This document shows positions 16,350-30,878 of a stretch of DNA of 124,000 nucleotides, piece by piece. Within the stretch, counting starts at the first letter, position 1; every line of letters begins with the position of its first letter. Below the pieces are notes generated by a model that saw only the letters and a program-made list of their open reading frames with translations, did no database searches and was not told the origin of the DNA. Source of the DNA: Octopus vulgaris (taxonomy: Eukaryota); contig OX597823.1 in the NCBI GenBank assembly GCA_951406725.2, forward strand, positions 38,336,001-38,460,000, in the 5' to 3' direction. Made by a program: the position numbers and the translations under genes.

Positions 16350-16430
16350 GATGATTGGCTAAAATTGTGTTTAGTGAGTGACCTTCATTGGGGTTATTTT
16401 GCTTGTGAGGCTGCCAACTCGCGCCAAATT
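16350..16430 (+). promoter_or_regulatory. Candidate cell-cycle-type promoter with two ATTGG boxes and an E2F site
   Basis: ATTGG at 16354 and 16387; CGCGCCAAA (TTTGGCGCG on minus) at 16420-16428; unique, CpG-containing sequence upstream of the first coding exon. Confidence 0.35.
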
Positions 16431-17699
16431 CAATGCTGTGTATGTGACATGTGAGTGTATTAAAATGGCTGGTATGTGCAGCAACAGAAATAGATTGATT
16501 AAATCATGTATGTGTGAGACACATTGATGAGTAAGTCTGAGCTGAAAAACAGCTAATTTTTTTGTATCTGTATGTTGGATCAAACTAGCATCCACTTCAT
16601 ACATCTGTATAATTAAGATGGTAACATATACTCTAATTTTTCTGAAATAGAAAATTGATGCTAAAGAGAATTGAGAACAAGAATATTTAGAAATTTTTCA
16701 TTGATTATGGAAATAGTATTTTTCATTAATTCTATAACAAACTTCAAATTTATGGATCTAAAAATAATAATTCTACAAACACAAATATTTCTTTTGTTTC
16801 ATTTATAAAACTTGTGGCAAATGCAAATTAACTTCATTAATTTTGACAATGTTATTAAGAAAATTTTGCTGTAATTATTTTTCTCCCATCAACCATTTAT
16901 GCAAGGTATATTCTTTTTAATATTCATATTCTCAAAATTATATTTTATTTAAATTAGGTATATCATTTTAAAATTAAGTGTTTTGGTATTTAGATTACAT
17001 TTTTGGTTCAGTGCATTATGGTTCTAATTTATCCCAAATTTACAAATGAAGCTAGAACAGCTAGAGCATTTATTGATAAATAGGAAACAACAGCTTTCAA
17101 TGTTAGCAAATATTCAATGAGCTGTATTTGGTTACTGTGGAAACCAAGTGACAACAAGCATGCTCATTGCAGTCTATTTCTAACCCTGTCCTTTATATAA
17201 TCCATACTCATTCAGTTTTATTGACAGACAGGTCTACTCTTCTAATGAAATGATATTACAATAAAAATACTGATGATTGAAAATTATTTATTAATTACTG
17301 TATGCATATACATCTAAAGAAATAATATATATATGCATGTGTGTGTGCCTTTTTATATATTTGAGTATGTATGTACACACACACACACACACATACATAT
17401 CTATGTATTAATATGGATACATATTCTTGTGTCTGTATACATATTTATATCATCATCATCATTATCATTTAATGTCCATTGTCCATGCTGGCATGGGATG
17501 GATGGTTTGACCAGGGCTGGTAAGCTGAGGGGCTGCACCAGACTCTAGTCTGATTTGGCATGGTTTCTACTGCTGGATGTCCTTCCTAACACCAACCATT
17601 CCAAGTGTGTAATGGATGCTTTACGTACCACCAGCATGGGTGTCAGTTTGCATGAGACCAATATCTGCTACAACTACTTGGCTTGATGGATCTTCTTCT

Positions 17700-18305
17700 C
17701 AAGCACATCATTTGTCATTGCCTCCATGAGGCCCAGTATACGGGAGGTGTTTTTTATGTGTCACAAGCACAGGTGCTTGTTACATAACACCAACATCAAT
17801 CACATTGCTTCTGTGAAGCTCAACGCTCAAAAGGTGCTTTTTACATGCCACAGGCACAAGTGCCAGTTACATGACACCAACAACAACCACAACTATGATT
17901 TCACCTGGCTTGGCACATCTTCTCAAGCACAGCACATCACCAAAGGCCTCGCTCACTAATCATTGCTTCTATGAAGCCTAACATTTGAAGATCATGCTTC
18001 ACCATCTTGTTCCATGTCTTCCTGGGTCTCCCTCTTCCACAGCTTCCTTCCACTTGTAGAGATCGGAACTTCTTCACATAACTGTCCACATCCATACACA
18101 TCATATGACTGTACCAACACAGTTATCACTTTTGTACACCATATCTGATACCTCTTATGCTCAGCTTCTATCTCAAGACGCTTATACTCTGTTGTACATG
18201 CACACTGACATTACATATCCAGCAAAAGCATACTAGCATCATTTCTTTCAAGTCTATGCATGTCCTTGGTAGTCACAGCCCATGTTTCACTGCCATATAA
18301 CATGG
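17700..18305 (-). mobile_element. RTE-clade LINE 3' fragment
   Basis: Homologous to 55530-56000 (LHLYGHVMRM...GRGRPRKT on minus) and 68570-68900. Confidence 0.65.
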
Positions 18306-18307
18306 CT

Positions 18308-18344
<37 letters not shown>

Positions 18345-18349
<5 letters not shown>

Positions 18350-18724
18350 TCGCCCGGCGTTGCTCAGGTTTGTAAGGGAAATAACTATAAAGCATTTTTA
18401 GAGAGTTATAGCCAAAAAATAGCCAAAAAATGGAAAAAAAATAATGGTAAATTTTTTTTTGAGAGTTAAAAAAGGTGGAGTTGCGTCCCCTAGACGGTCT
18501 GTGGTTTGGGTTTCTGATTCTCGACCCCATGTCGAATTTATCGATTTTTTTCAGAACTGGGGGAACTTTTCAAAATTTTCGCTGCGTTAGTTTTGAATTA
18601 TGACATTGGGCTATGTGTGTGTCAAGTTTCATCAGAATCGGTTGAAAGCCGTGGTCAGAGTGAGGGTACGAGAAAACAGACACACAGAAAACGCACAGAC
18701 AAACTGCCGTTTATATATAGAGAT
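18345..18724 (+). mobile_element. Non-autonomous Helitron-like element
   Basis: Starts tagtatcgcccggcgttgct, ends tttatatatagagat; the 3' ~200 bp are near-identical to 25023-25227. Confidence 0.55.
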
Positions 18725-18747
18725 ATATATATATATATATATATATA

Positions 18748-19638
18748 TGAGGTGGTATCAAAATGTTTCTGGACTAGTTCTATAGCATGTCAGCAGGTCA
18801 GCAGATGGCAACATACAACTGCAAGTGCATTGAGAGCTAGAAGTGACTTCATGAGGCAGTGTGGTAAGTGACATCACTGTTTTCACTTCGGAGTTTGTGA
18901 AATTTGTGCTTTTATGATCACGTGTAAGCTGCAGTTTGTGATTTTGTCATGGACAGGAACAAAGAGCCAACAAATTTTCCATTAAACTTGGGAACTTGCA
19001 TTAAACTTGCTACAGAGACTTTGAGCAGTCTTTGGCAAGTCTACAGTGATGAGGCAGTGGATTGTATACAATGTTTTGAGTGCTACAGGTGTTTCAAAAG
19101 CAGAATATTCCTAGAAGACGATGAGCAATCTGGAAGACCTGCCACAAACGTCATCCCTGAAAATGTGATATTGTGCATTGAGAATTCATCCCCCAGGGCC
19201 AGACAGTCAATCAAAAGTTCTACTGCAATGTTTGTTTTAAAGCATTTGAGAGAGGACATTCAGTGAAAGAAACCAGATCTGTGGAGCACAAAGAATTGAA
19301 TTCTCCACTGAGCTCTCCTCACTCCTGAGTTTCTTGCCAGAAACAACATGGTGACCAAATTTAGCACCTGCAGACTTCCATCTCTTCCCCAAAATGAAAA
19401 TGCAGCTCAAAGGTCTCCATTTTAACACTGTTGTTGAGATCCAGAGTGAATTGCAGAAGGCCCTCAACTTGCTTACAGAAAATGACTTCCAGGCTGGATT
19501 CCAAATGTGGCAGGAACTCTGGGACTGGTGTATTGCTGCACAAGGTGACTATTTCAAAGGAGATGATGTTAAAACTTAAGTAAATAAGTTATTTTTTATT
19601 AAACATAACTAGTTCAGGAACTTTTTGATACCACTTCA
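18748..19638 (+). mobile_element. Internally deleted mariner with TIRs and TA duplication
   Basis: TA-tgaggtggtatcaaaa...tttttgataccacttca-TA; internal LEDDEQSGRP. Confidence 0.85.
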
Positions 19639-19779
19639 TATGTGTGTGTGTGTGTGTGTAAAAATTAGAGAAGAAATTCATTCTAAGCATGGACACAAAG
19701 CCTGGACTTGAGTGACTTTAGGAAACTTACCAAAGATTAAGGTGGTAGTAAACAGGAAAAGAGACAGGACCTTAGTATC

Positions 19780-20360
19780 ATCAAGAGAATAAGTTTATTT
19801 AATATGCAGAAAAAGAGTAAGTAGGAATACCATACACTGTAATCGGTGTAAGCTATGGACGCTCAAGAGTTGTAGTGAAATCATACGTATTGGAACAAGT
19901 TTAGGGAGCTATTAATTTTGTTGGGTATGGAAGACTTTTCCCTCAGAGTAGAGGGCAGATTGTATGATGCTTGTGTTATAACAACAATATTGCATGGTAT
20001 TAAGTTGTAAACCTTGAATACACAAGACTTGCAAAGGTTAATAAAATTGCTTCAGTGAGTGTATAATGTTAGTGTGCATGAACACCAGAATACTAATGAT
20101 TTGAGATAAAAACTAGTTAATCATATGTAGTGTGCAAGATAGAAGACTGTTGGTATGGATATGTGATGTGTATGGAGGATTACTGCAGTATAGAGAAGTG
20201 CCAAGAGCTTCAAATTAATGGAATCTTTGAAAGAGGGAGACCAAGACAGACTTGAGATGGTGAAGTGATGAAGGCTGATCTGAAAATGTTGAATCTCATG
20301 GAGGAGATGATAAAAGACTGTACTGATTGGCAATCAGTGCTGCAGAAGACCTGGCCACCA
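19780..20360 (+). mobile_element. Degenerate RTE-clade RT C-terminal fragment
   Basis: Decayed RLLVWICDV/YGHVM-like and GRPRQTW-like segments. Confidence 0.55.
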
Positions 20361-21089
20361 GCTGTGAAATATACCTTAACACGAGGGTATATCAGTACTC
20401 ACCAAAATCTCCTGTTCCTTCAAAATGATGAGTGAGTGGAACAATTTCTCTTGTGCTGAAATTGCAAAATGCATTCAGTGTACAAGTAAGGTGGCTGAGC
20501 AGAGAATGCATAGGGTTCTAAGGTCTCTTTATTCATCCTCTCCCGAGTTGGTACTGCGAAAAAATGTTCCCTGTCCACTCTGTAAAGAAGTTGGTTATAG
20601 ACCTGTCCAATTTATGCCAGCATGGAAAGTGGATGTAAAAACGATGATGATGCATATACGTGTGTGTGTATGCATGTGCGTACTAGTGTGCATGCATCTA
20701 TAATACTGTTCAGCTACAATCTCATCTACTTATTGTAACACTTAACTATGGAACAAAATTGAAGAGTCTATCATGCAATGTTTTATTTGTAAGTCTATTG
20801 ACTGATAAACTATACTTAATGTTGTCAAAAACTTAACATTAGGCTGCACTTTAAAAAAGTTTGCATTTTTCACAACAAGTCTTTATCTTATCAAAATATT
20901 TAAAAATATATTTTATTATACAAATGTAGCCATTCTTGCATTGTGCAACCTCAAAAAGAAACAGTAAAATACACTAAATATCACTGTGGTGACTCCTCTA
21001 TATTGGAGGAACAACTGCATTGCCTAGCCAAGCAATTTAGTCCATGTCATGTTAAATGTCTGAAGATGTAGATTATTCATAACAAGGTT

Positions 21090-21350
21090 GGTTCAGCAAG
21101 TGCTCTGTTTAAGGGAGCTGCTTGCTCCTCTTGTATTGTTGAACATAATCATTTTTGTTTTCTTCTCTTATTAGGTACCAGCGACAGTCTGTCATCATAT
21201 TTGTATTCATCTGTCCCTGCTAGCTTTTTTCTGTATTTTGTTATGGCATTGTGTAAATACTTTCCTTGTTCTTCATTAACAACCCCTAAATTAACAGGGA
21301 AGTAATCTAGATGACTATGGAGGAAATGCACTTTATCTACTTACATTACA
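21090..21350 (-). mobile_element. DNA transposase remnant, probably Chapaev3-like
   Basis: ORF 21149-21331 HFLHSHLDYFPVNLGVVNEEQG matches the HFLHSHLDFFPxNLGAVSDEHGERFH motif as I recall it; family assignment is from memory. Confidence 0.55.
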
Positions 21351-22658
21351 TTCTCTCTTGTGAATAGAGAAAAATAAATTTGTCAATAGATCTATTTGTG
21401 GATTTGTTGTAAAAAAAAAAAAAAAATGAAATAAAATTCCCACAAGTTTTGTGGAAGCTGCTCTGTATTTTTTTTTGATAGGTTTAAAAACCTATAAATA
21501 CTTTATTTTTACATAATTTTTCTTTCTTAGAGCATCAAAGATACTTGCCTTCAATTTTTTTTTTATTTAAAGCAGGATAGATCACAATTTGAACAGGTCT
21601 TTTCCTAATAGATATTGAGTTAGAGTTATCATTTATACTAAACTGACAGTGAGGCCAAAAGCCTTATAAATTCAAACAAATACATGAGAAGAGATTTGGT
21701 GATTGGCCTTAGTTAGTTGTTGAACAACGTTGTCATCAGCATATTGTAATTCACAGATCCTTGCCTTTGTTAATCTTTCCCCTGTCACTCTGTCACATCA
21801 ATAAATCAATTCCTCTCATCATACACCCTCCTTCATGACAACCAATCAGTTCTGCTCAGTGCCATGACTTCACCCATGACTTCTCATGTCATCACTCTCT
21901 TTCCTTTTTTTTCTTTTTTGATGGTTACAAGGCAACCTCACTAGTGCTGGTGACATGAAAAAAGCCCCCAGTAAACTGTAAAATTGTCAGCAAAATGAGT
22001 AGAGACAACAGGGGTTTGAGAGGAGTCTTTGGTCTTGCTAAAGGCAAAAGAATAGTGCTGGTGGCACACACACAAAAAAAAAATTGCACTCTGTACACTC
22101 TGTAAAGTGGTTGGTGTTATGAAGGACATCCAGCCATAGAAATCAAGCCAAAACTAGGACATTGGAACAAGATGTGGCCCTTTGACTTGTCAGATCCTGT
22201 CAAACCACTCCATCCATACCAGTATGTAAAACAAATGTAAAATGATGAAGGTGATAATGATGAGATCATAGTCATAGAGCTAATGCATTTTACTTTCAGC
22301 AGTCAATCTGTACAGAAACAAATGCTTCCAGATCTTAAAAACTCTTCATAAGGAGTTTATTTCCTTTACAAGCTTTCTTAGCTAAAAATTTCCAGTTGAC
22401 ATTTTCCCTTTCTTAAGAACCTGTACTAGATTCTTCCTTTTTAGGGGGTTAATTTCCGAAGTAAGCCTACTACCTTTCATTATTATGTAGCAACTATGTG
22501 GTTGTTGCATGAGGCTTTTGTCATCATCAAGAAGTCTTATAGATTCTGCTTTAATTTTAAATGAATAGAAAAGTTTTTAAATTAATAGAAATGGTTGGAG
22601 AATGACAAAAATGGGCACGTTTGCATTTCTAGTTTATGATAGACAAAAACTGATATTA

Positions 22659-23909
22659 TCAGGTCATTCCATAAGTTCTGTCCAATTTTACCTTTTTTAA
22701 AATTCAATGAAATTTAATAGTATTTTAGAATGTCTAATGGAATTAAAAATTATTTTACAGAATAATAGAATTGAAATTTCTTTGATTAAAACCCTTTCTA
22801 ACATGGAAGTATCCAAAGAGCATTTGAGGCACATAATGCTTTATGAGTACAAAAAAGGAAACTCTGCAGCCAAAGCAACTCGAAACATACACTCAGTTTA
22901 TGGGAAAGAATGCTTGAATGAAAGAACTTACAGAAGATGGTTTGCAAAATTCAGAAGTGGAGATTTCAGCCTTGAAGATGAAGATCGAACAGGACGTCCA
23001 GTTGAATTTGATGATAAGCTCCTTGAGGCATTACTTAAAGAAAATCTTGCATTATCAGTTGAAGAATTGGCAATAAAGCTTAGTTCAAACCATACAACTG
23101 TTCATTGTCATCTTCAGCAACTTAGAAAGGTTCCTAAACTTGGAAAACGGGTGCCTCATGAATTGTCCGAAAGTAACTGCAAATCCTGAGTTGACATCTG
23201 CTCTTCTCTCCATTCTCACAAACTCATTTTACCTTTTTTGGATAGACTTGTGACTGGCGATGAAATATGGATCTTCTATCGAAATGTTAAATGTCATAAA
23301 AAGTGGCTTGGTAAAAGGGAAAAAGCTCAACCACAACCGAGAAGGGAACTTCATGGGAAAAAGGTTCTTCTCTCTATCTAGTGGGATTGCAAAGGAGTAA
23401 TTTGCTTTGAATTGTTACCACCTAATGCAACAATCAATGATCAAGTCTACTGTTAGCAATTAGAGCATTTGAACCAAGCTTTGAAGAAAAAAAGACCTGC
23501 TTTAGTGAATCAAAAAGAAGTGATCTTTCATCAGAAAATGTGCGACCCTGCACCACAAAGATCACATCACAGAAGATCAAAGAGCTTGGTTTGGAAAAAA
23601 CTCCTCATCCACCTTAATCTCCTAACCTTGCTCCTTCAGACTACTTACTATTTGTTTCATAGTTTACAGAATCATTTGGGGGACATAACTTTTGCAAGCC
23701 AGGAGGAGGTCAAAACTGACATTTCAGAGTTCTTTGCTTTGAAAGCAAAAGAGTTTTACGTTGATGGGATTAAAAAGCTTGTAAATAGACAGAAGGAAGT
23801 CATAGATAATCAGGGAAAGTACACTGATGATTAAATTTCAGCTAAATATAACATTTGATCACTTGTTTTCATTATTCAAAATTCGGACAGAACTTATGGG
23901 ATGACCTAA
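22659..23909 (+). mobile_element. Full-length degenerate mariner transposon
   Basis: TIRs tcaggtcattccataagttctgtcc / ggacagaacttatgggatgacctaa flanked by TA; transposase from ATG 22803 (RRWFAKFRSGDFSLEDEDRTGRP, VTGDE) with stops and frameshifts. Confidence 0.92.
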
Positions 23910-24302
23910 TATATTTCAATTCGAAATTCACCTTAAGCTATCTTTACTTTCAAAAGTAGTAAAATTGTTGCTGACCAATGACCAGGAATAATATATATAT
24001 AATTATATATATGTATTATTCCAAAGACAATTGACATGGAAATAAATATTTCAAATTAAGTGCAGTACATATATTATTGATATATGCTTTAGAATCCGCG
24101 GCTCATTTGTGTAATTACTGTACTTTGTTCTCAGGGACTGTGGATTCAAATCTTGCAATATGCACTTTTCTCTCATAGGAAAATACAGTCAGCCTAATAA
24201 AAATTATTAATGTATTAGTGATATAGTTGTATTATAGTAGAGTATTATTGAAGATTATATCTTCAATTTTGTTCTGTGGTTAAGCGTGTTTAAATTATTT
24301 AC

Positions 24303-25227
24303 TACTAGCAGCATAGCCTGGCATTGCCCGGGTATGTAAGAAACTTTGTCGATAAGCAAGCCCTTTACCTTTTTACCCATTTTTGTACTCATTGAACCGT
24401 TATTTTGTAAAATGAAGCCTAAAAGGCATTAAGGCATTCAAGGCACCGTTCCCTTGCATGCATGGAGAAAATCTATGACAGTCAAAGTGCATTTTCTGGT
24501 TTTGTTTAGCACACCCAACCCAGTTCTGCGGGATCAGTGTCACGACAGGAACGCATGGGTTGGGAGTTTGACAGGCAGAGGTGATAAGGTTGCACATGCC
24601 GGCTCTTTTGACACCGCCCCCCCCCCCGAACCCAAATTGGGTTCAGACCACAGCTAAGCCTTACCTAATCCTAACTTAAGTCTAGCGAAAGAGGACTTGG
24701 GAGCCTCTAGTAGGCAACGACTAATCCCGATCTGGTCCTTTCCCTTTAGGGAATGAAGGCGCTCTCGCTGTGAAGTTAAAAAAACATTCCTGCCAATTTG
24801 TTAAAGATATTGTCGAAAATATGTCATCTTGAATTTGAATGCAATTTCTCAAAATGGCATGATTTTATCGATTTTTTCTGATCGTAAGGCATTGCATGGA
24901 AAACTAACGTCAGAATTAAGTTCCTTAGGGTAACATTAAGCTTCACCATGAGTTTGGTGAAAATCGATTGCAAGTTGCGAAAACTACAACGGAAAATGTG
25001 TTGCATATGATAAGCTTAGATTCTTGACCCCATGTCGAATCTATCGATTTTTTTCAGAACTGGGGGCTCTTTTCAAAATTTTTGCTGCGTTAGTTTTGAA
25101 TTATGACATTGGGCTATGTGTGTGTCAAGTTTCATCAGAATCGGTTGAAAGTCGTGGTCAGGGTGAGGGTACAACCTGACAGACAGACACACAGACAGAC
25201 AAACTGCCATTTATATATATAGAGATA
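24303..25227 (+). mobile_element. Non-autonomous Helitron-like element with GC-richer internal segment
   Basis: actag...ggcattgcccggg start, atttatatatatagagat end; shares its 3' part with 18345-18724. Confidence 0.55.
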
Positions 25228-26824
25228 TACAATATTTTTTGACACATTGTTGGTAATTTTGATAACAATCACTATTCACTATGGAAAAACAAAGAGAAGT
25301 GAACCAGCACTTTCTCATGGTCAGTTGTATGTGGCTTGTTCTCGAGTGTGTTCATTTCTTGATGTAAAGATGAAAATAAAAGATAACTTGCTAGGAAGAG
25401 GCAGTCACAGTTGTATAACAATGTAGTTTTCAAAGACATTATTTCCTAAAACAACACCTTCAGTACTACCTATGCAGAATTTACACCAGCTCATGAATCA
25501 AATGCTTCAGACTGAAAATTTAAAAAATAGGTATTCTACGAAATCTTGAAATTTTCATAATAACTGTGAAGTTCTTCCTGTGCAGATTAGCAAAAGTATT
25601 GGAATGGCAGACAAAACGCTATTTATTCTGGTTTGCATTCTAAGTTTAGTTTCCCTTGTGGCCTACAGTGATAGTTTAACACCATCATCTAGTCTCTGGT
25701 ATCTTTAGTGGGGTCCACTATGTTGCAAGTATTTGGGCCAGGTTTGGGATTTGTGGATATATTCTTCCCTACTTACATTACTCTCAGAGGTCCTGGAAAG
25801 CATTATGGACACTACCCTTCCCTTTGACTAAGTGATTAAAAAATGATTGCTGTTTTAGACTAAGAAATTGATTTCATTTACTCATATCTGTTTACTTATT
25901 CCACAATAAATGTTTTCAGTTAAAACAAATGAAAATATTAATGTTGTGTATATTTATAGAAACCATTATTTCTACAAACATCATAAAATGATAAACTGCA
26001 TTACTTAAGTGCATTATGTTATTTCCCATATAAGCTTAAGATAAAGGAAAAAACAACCAAACAAAAAACTTATGAAGTGCGTTACTTAAAACAACATATT
26101 AAGTAGTTGTCTCTTGGTCAATGTTGTTACACAGACACTATACTGAATATGTAGAAATATATTTGTTGTATGTAAGATAAGAACCTGTATTTAGTGGAAT
26201 TGCTTAGATCACAATGAATATGGAAACTTCAATTTCATCCAAAAGACAGTTTAATTAAAGAATTGTAGGTTAGAGTGTTCACTAAATTATACAAAAGGGG
26301 AAAAAATGATAGAATATGTACAATGTTGTTCCTTGAAGACATTTCATTTTTACCTCTGTTGTGAAAAACAGCTACAAAAGAAATTCCCTTTATGTGTATT
26401 ACCTTAGATTTATATAAAAAATCATGTCTCTTCCATAATCCTTATTCAGTGATATGTGAGTGTGTGTGTTTAAACTGGTGTTCTCATATTTTTAAAGAAA
26501 TATTTGACAGGCAACTTAGTTAATAGTTATTAAGTTTCAGTAACTGTGTAGAAATGCAAAAATATAGCAGTTGATCCATTCTTTGAAACCTACAGATTTA
26601 TAATGTTGTTTGCAATTGCAATCATCTTATAATTTCTTTTTTCCACGACTTTAGGGATAAATGTTTTATTAGAGTTAGTTGAATGATTTTTAACGATTAG
26701 AATTGAAATGTTAAGCTTGGAGGAATTAATTTTTATTTTAAATTTTGTAGCTGTAATTATAAAATTGATGGAAATGCTTTGCTTCAAATTTTGAAGTAGG
26801 GTTCTTACATTGTTTAGGAATTAC

Positions 26825-26825
<1 letters not shown>

Positions 26826-26922
<97 letters not shown>
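26826..26922. repeat. (GA)n microsatellite
   Basis: Direct reading; a similar tract lies at about 107085-107165. Confidence 0.95.
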
Positions 26923-26923
<1 letters not shown>

Positions 26924-29315
26924 TAGTTGGCAGTAAAAAAGGTTTTGTGTGTGTGTTTCATGATGATTCTATTGGATTTAGGAATGAATTGTAAAGGTTA
27001 TAAAGAGTTGAAAAATAATGCTAAGTAGGCTTGTGGTTGTCTGCTTTTTTCCTTTTCTCTCCATGAAAAATATTCAAATGTATTAACCTAAGAATCGGTT
27101 TTAAACAGAGATGCATCTACAACTTCCACTAGCTCAATATATGAGCACTATTTCTAGGTCTAAGCTGGAACTTCTGAAATTCATAAAAGTACTTGAGTGC
27201 TAAGGAGGTAATTTGATTATCATTTAAATGATCTTGGTAAAATTTTGTTCCAACCTAAGCCATCTTGAGGAAGAAAAGAAAGAAAAAAAGTTTTTTAAGT
27301 GAAAATATAAACACCTGCAAATAAAACATAAATTGTTCCCCTGCTGGATATCTGTGTTGGCTTTGATTTTCAAATAACTAAAACCTAATGTTTTACTTAT
27401 TAACAAAATAGAATGTTATAGCATTTTATATTTTAACTGGAACATATCAATAAGATACCTGGAGAATATTAATAAGAAGTGGGTAGTTAATAATAAATTA
27501 ACTCTTAAAACTCTTATAAGAGTTGTCACCATCATCGTTTTATTTATCATCCATTTTGCCATAAAAGAACCACATTGTGGAATATCACCACTGCACTCAG
27601 TTCTATGTAATTTGTAACATTCAACATTCTGAGGACCATTATTATAACTTTTTACATATCTTACTATACTTTTTTATATTGTTCTTCTCTTCTTCCATCA
27701 GTTAATACCTTTTTATATCCAGCCGCTCTCTTAGGATGTCAGCATAAATGAAAGTTGGGTGAGCAAAGTGCAACATGTCTCATTCAACTTCAGTCTAGTC
27801 TCTACAGATCCTTAGCATTGAATATTTTTTTTTAAATGATTCATAGTCTATCGTGAATTTGTCTCCAGTAAAATCATATTTTGTCAGTTATGGTAAAAGA
27901 TTAAAATAAGTTTTATATTCCAATGAAAGTGTTTTATTCTAGTAGTCTATCTTAGATTTAATGAAGCAAATCATTACAGTGACAGCTTCATAGTGTTTCT
28001 AATTATACTTGTGACACTTGTTGCTCATATATTATGTTTTCCTCACAGAAATGAGGAAGATTTGTGTGTGTTTGTGTGTGAGATGTAAAAATGATATCAA
28101 ACCAACCAAGTGAAGTAACAAAAATAGTGTATTTGGCACTAATTGTATGCTTTACCCTTGTAATGCTTACCCAGAAAAAAAAGATTCTGTTCTAAATGTT
28201 GAACAAAACATAGTAAAATTTATTGAAGTACAAAATGATGCAACATAGAAACAACAAATTCAGTAAAATTCATTACTATAATTATACTTTAACATCTTCA
28301 TTGATTATTAATTATAATGTCATATGAAAGGAGGTCTCAGATATTTACTTTGCAAATATTTAATGATGAAATGAACTGGAAAATTTGTTTATCAGAGTTG
28401 AACTTGAGCATTTTTAAATAATTGTGATAACTTAGTTTTATACTTTTCTTTGCTGTTCTTCTTCATGACATATATTTGTGATGTCTACAGATACAGGGGT
28501 TTGGGGTGTTGTATGTTGTCTACATCACCTATAATGGATGTCACCTATCTTTTTATAATCATTGGGTACCTATATTACTTATATTTCTTTTTCTTAGTAA
28601 TTGGACTCAGTATAATAAATTTATGTCAAATACCTAATAATTTTCTATCTCTTTTTTTATTACACAAATACAAACTGTTACAAGTTGGCCTCACGTAAAA
28701 AACACCATTCGAGCGTGATCATTACCAGCATTGCCTTACTGGCACTTGTGCTGGAGGCACGTGAAAAAAATATTCGAGCGAGGTCATTGCCAGTGCCGCT
28801 GGACTGGCTCCTGTGCAGGTGGCACATAAAAAGTACCATTTGAGCGTGGCCGTTGCTAGTACCGCCTGACTGGCCCTCGTGCCGGTGGCACGTAAAAGCA
28901 CCCACTACACTCTTGGAGTGGTTGGTGTTAGGAAGGGCATCTAGCTGTAGAAACTCTGCCAGATTAGATTGGAGTCTGGTGCAGCCATCTGGTTCACCAG
29001 ACCTCAGTCAAATCGTCCAACCCATGCTAGCATGGAAGGCGGATGTTAAACGATGTTGATGATGATGATGATGATGATGATTTATGTTCAGAGTTCAAAT
29101 TCTGTTATGGTTAACCTTGCCTTTCATTCTTTTGAGGTTGATATAATAATCACCAGTTGAACACTGGGGTTAATGTAATCAACCACCTCCTACCCCAAAA
29201 TTGCTGGTCTTGTGCCAAAATTTGAAACCAATATACATACATAATATATATTTTTTTCTTTTCTTTATTTTCAGTTATGTGGAAATATTTTTGATTACTA
29301 GCAATAATAGCAACC

Positions 29316-29438
29316 ATGTCTCTAACTGACAGTGTTGAAGACAAACTTTCTGATCAGAAGGCATCTCCTGCTAGGAGTAGAGAAAGGTTATCCACCCCAG
29401 AGAAACGTCTGCATTTCAGACATAGTGAATCTGAAACG
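29316..29438 (+). CDS. First coding exon of unidentified host gene: MSLTDSVEDKLSDQKASPARSRERLSTPEKRLHFRHSESET (exon 29275-29438)
   Basis: Acceptor ttttctttattttcag at 29274, Kozak gcaaccATG, 41 open codons, donor acg|gtaagc in phase 0. Confidence 0.75.
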
Positions 29439-30047
29439 GTAAGCATATTTATTACTTAACAATTAAATTTATGAAAGAAAATGACTTTAATGCTTGTTAA
29501 AAGTTCTAAATTAAGCGGAAATAACTGAAGATGGCTAATGGTATGAATTTAGATAAATCCGTTAAGGAGTAATTTACTGAAACACTGCCTGTTTGTTGAA
29601 TAAAGAAAATGAAACTTATAAGTAGTTGTTTTAATTAGAAATTCAGAATAAATTTCTCAAAAATATTAATTTACATACTTAGGAAAATATCTGATATTCA
29701 TTTTCAGGTAAGGAACATGTTTAAGTCTTATTGGACCTCATCAGTAAAGAATAGTTAAACTTGAGTCTGCTTTTAATAATTTGTATGATCAGAAAATGTG
29801 AGCCAAGGGAAATAACTTAATGAATGATGTAGGTAAAATAACATTTTGGTATGTCATTTCAGTACATCACACCTATGTTAGGTAGCCTTTCAGAGTGTAC
29901 CAATCTGACTCTGTGTGTGTGTGTGTGTGTGAGTCTCGCTATCTTGTGCATGTCTTATGTATCTGAGTGTGTTTCTGAGTATTACCTATCAGTTTGTATG
30001 TAACTGATTATCCAACCAACCAACCAGCCAACCAACCAACCAACCAA

Positions 30048-30078
<31 letters not shown>

Positions 30079-30712
30079 ACCAGCCAGCCAGCCAGCCATC
30101 CATCCATCCATCAATCTGTCTGATTGTTAATGTGTTTGTCTTCTTCTATGAAATTCTCCCTCTGTATCTATATGCTGATGTCTGACTTTCTGTGTGTTAA
30201 TCTCTAAGTTTGTTCTGCTGTCTGTCTGTATGACTACTACTTTGACTTACTTAGTATGTGAGTGACAGAGAGGGGGTGAATTAGATCATGTTTAAACTGT
30301 TGGATTAATATTAATCCAAAGACTTTTAGTTCAATTTCTGCTCGAGGTATTTTTTTAGCAAAGGCAAATAATGATTTTGGTCAACCTTATTTAACAACTG
30401 CATCTGTCTGTTCTTGACAGTTGCATGAAAGAAGGGTGTACTGCTATTTAACAATGAAGATACATATTTCAAATCATTTAAATTAAATAAACACACATAA
30501 AAAATATACTCTAAGCTGTGTGAATGTGTTATTGTTTCATTATGTCTCTATGTTAATGAATTATGAAAATATATTATCTATAACTAAATTTTATCAACCA
30601 GCTTCACAGCCTGATGGAGATGAATGACATGATGCTGTATCTATTTCTATTTGTTAAATTTCTTTCTCTCTTTCACACACATACACACATACACACACAC
30701 ATACACACATAT

Positions 30713-30878
30713 GCACATATATGATCATGTAAACAAAACAGAGTATATAACTGATAGTTTCACATAAGTCCCCTTAAACCTATGGTCATCATGTGTGCCT
30801 GCTTGGATTAGGTTTAAGGGGACTTATGTGAAACTATCAGTTATATACTCTGTTTTGTTTACATGATCATATATGTGC
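30713..30878. repeat. Perfect inverted repeat, 70 bp arms, 26 bp spacer, between CA/TG microsatellites
   Basis: 30713-30782 and 30809-30878 are reverse complements. Confidence 0.95.
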
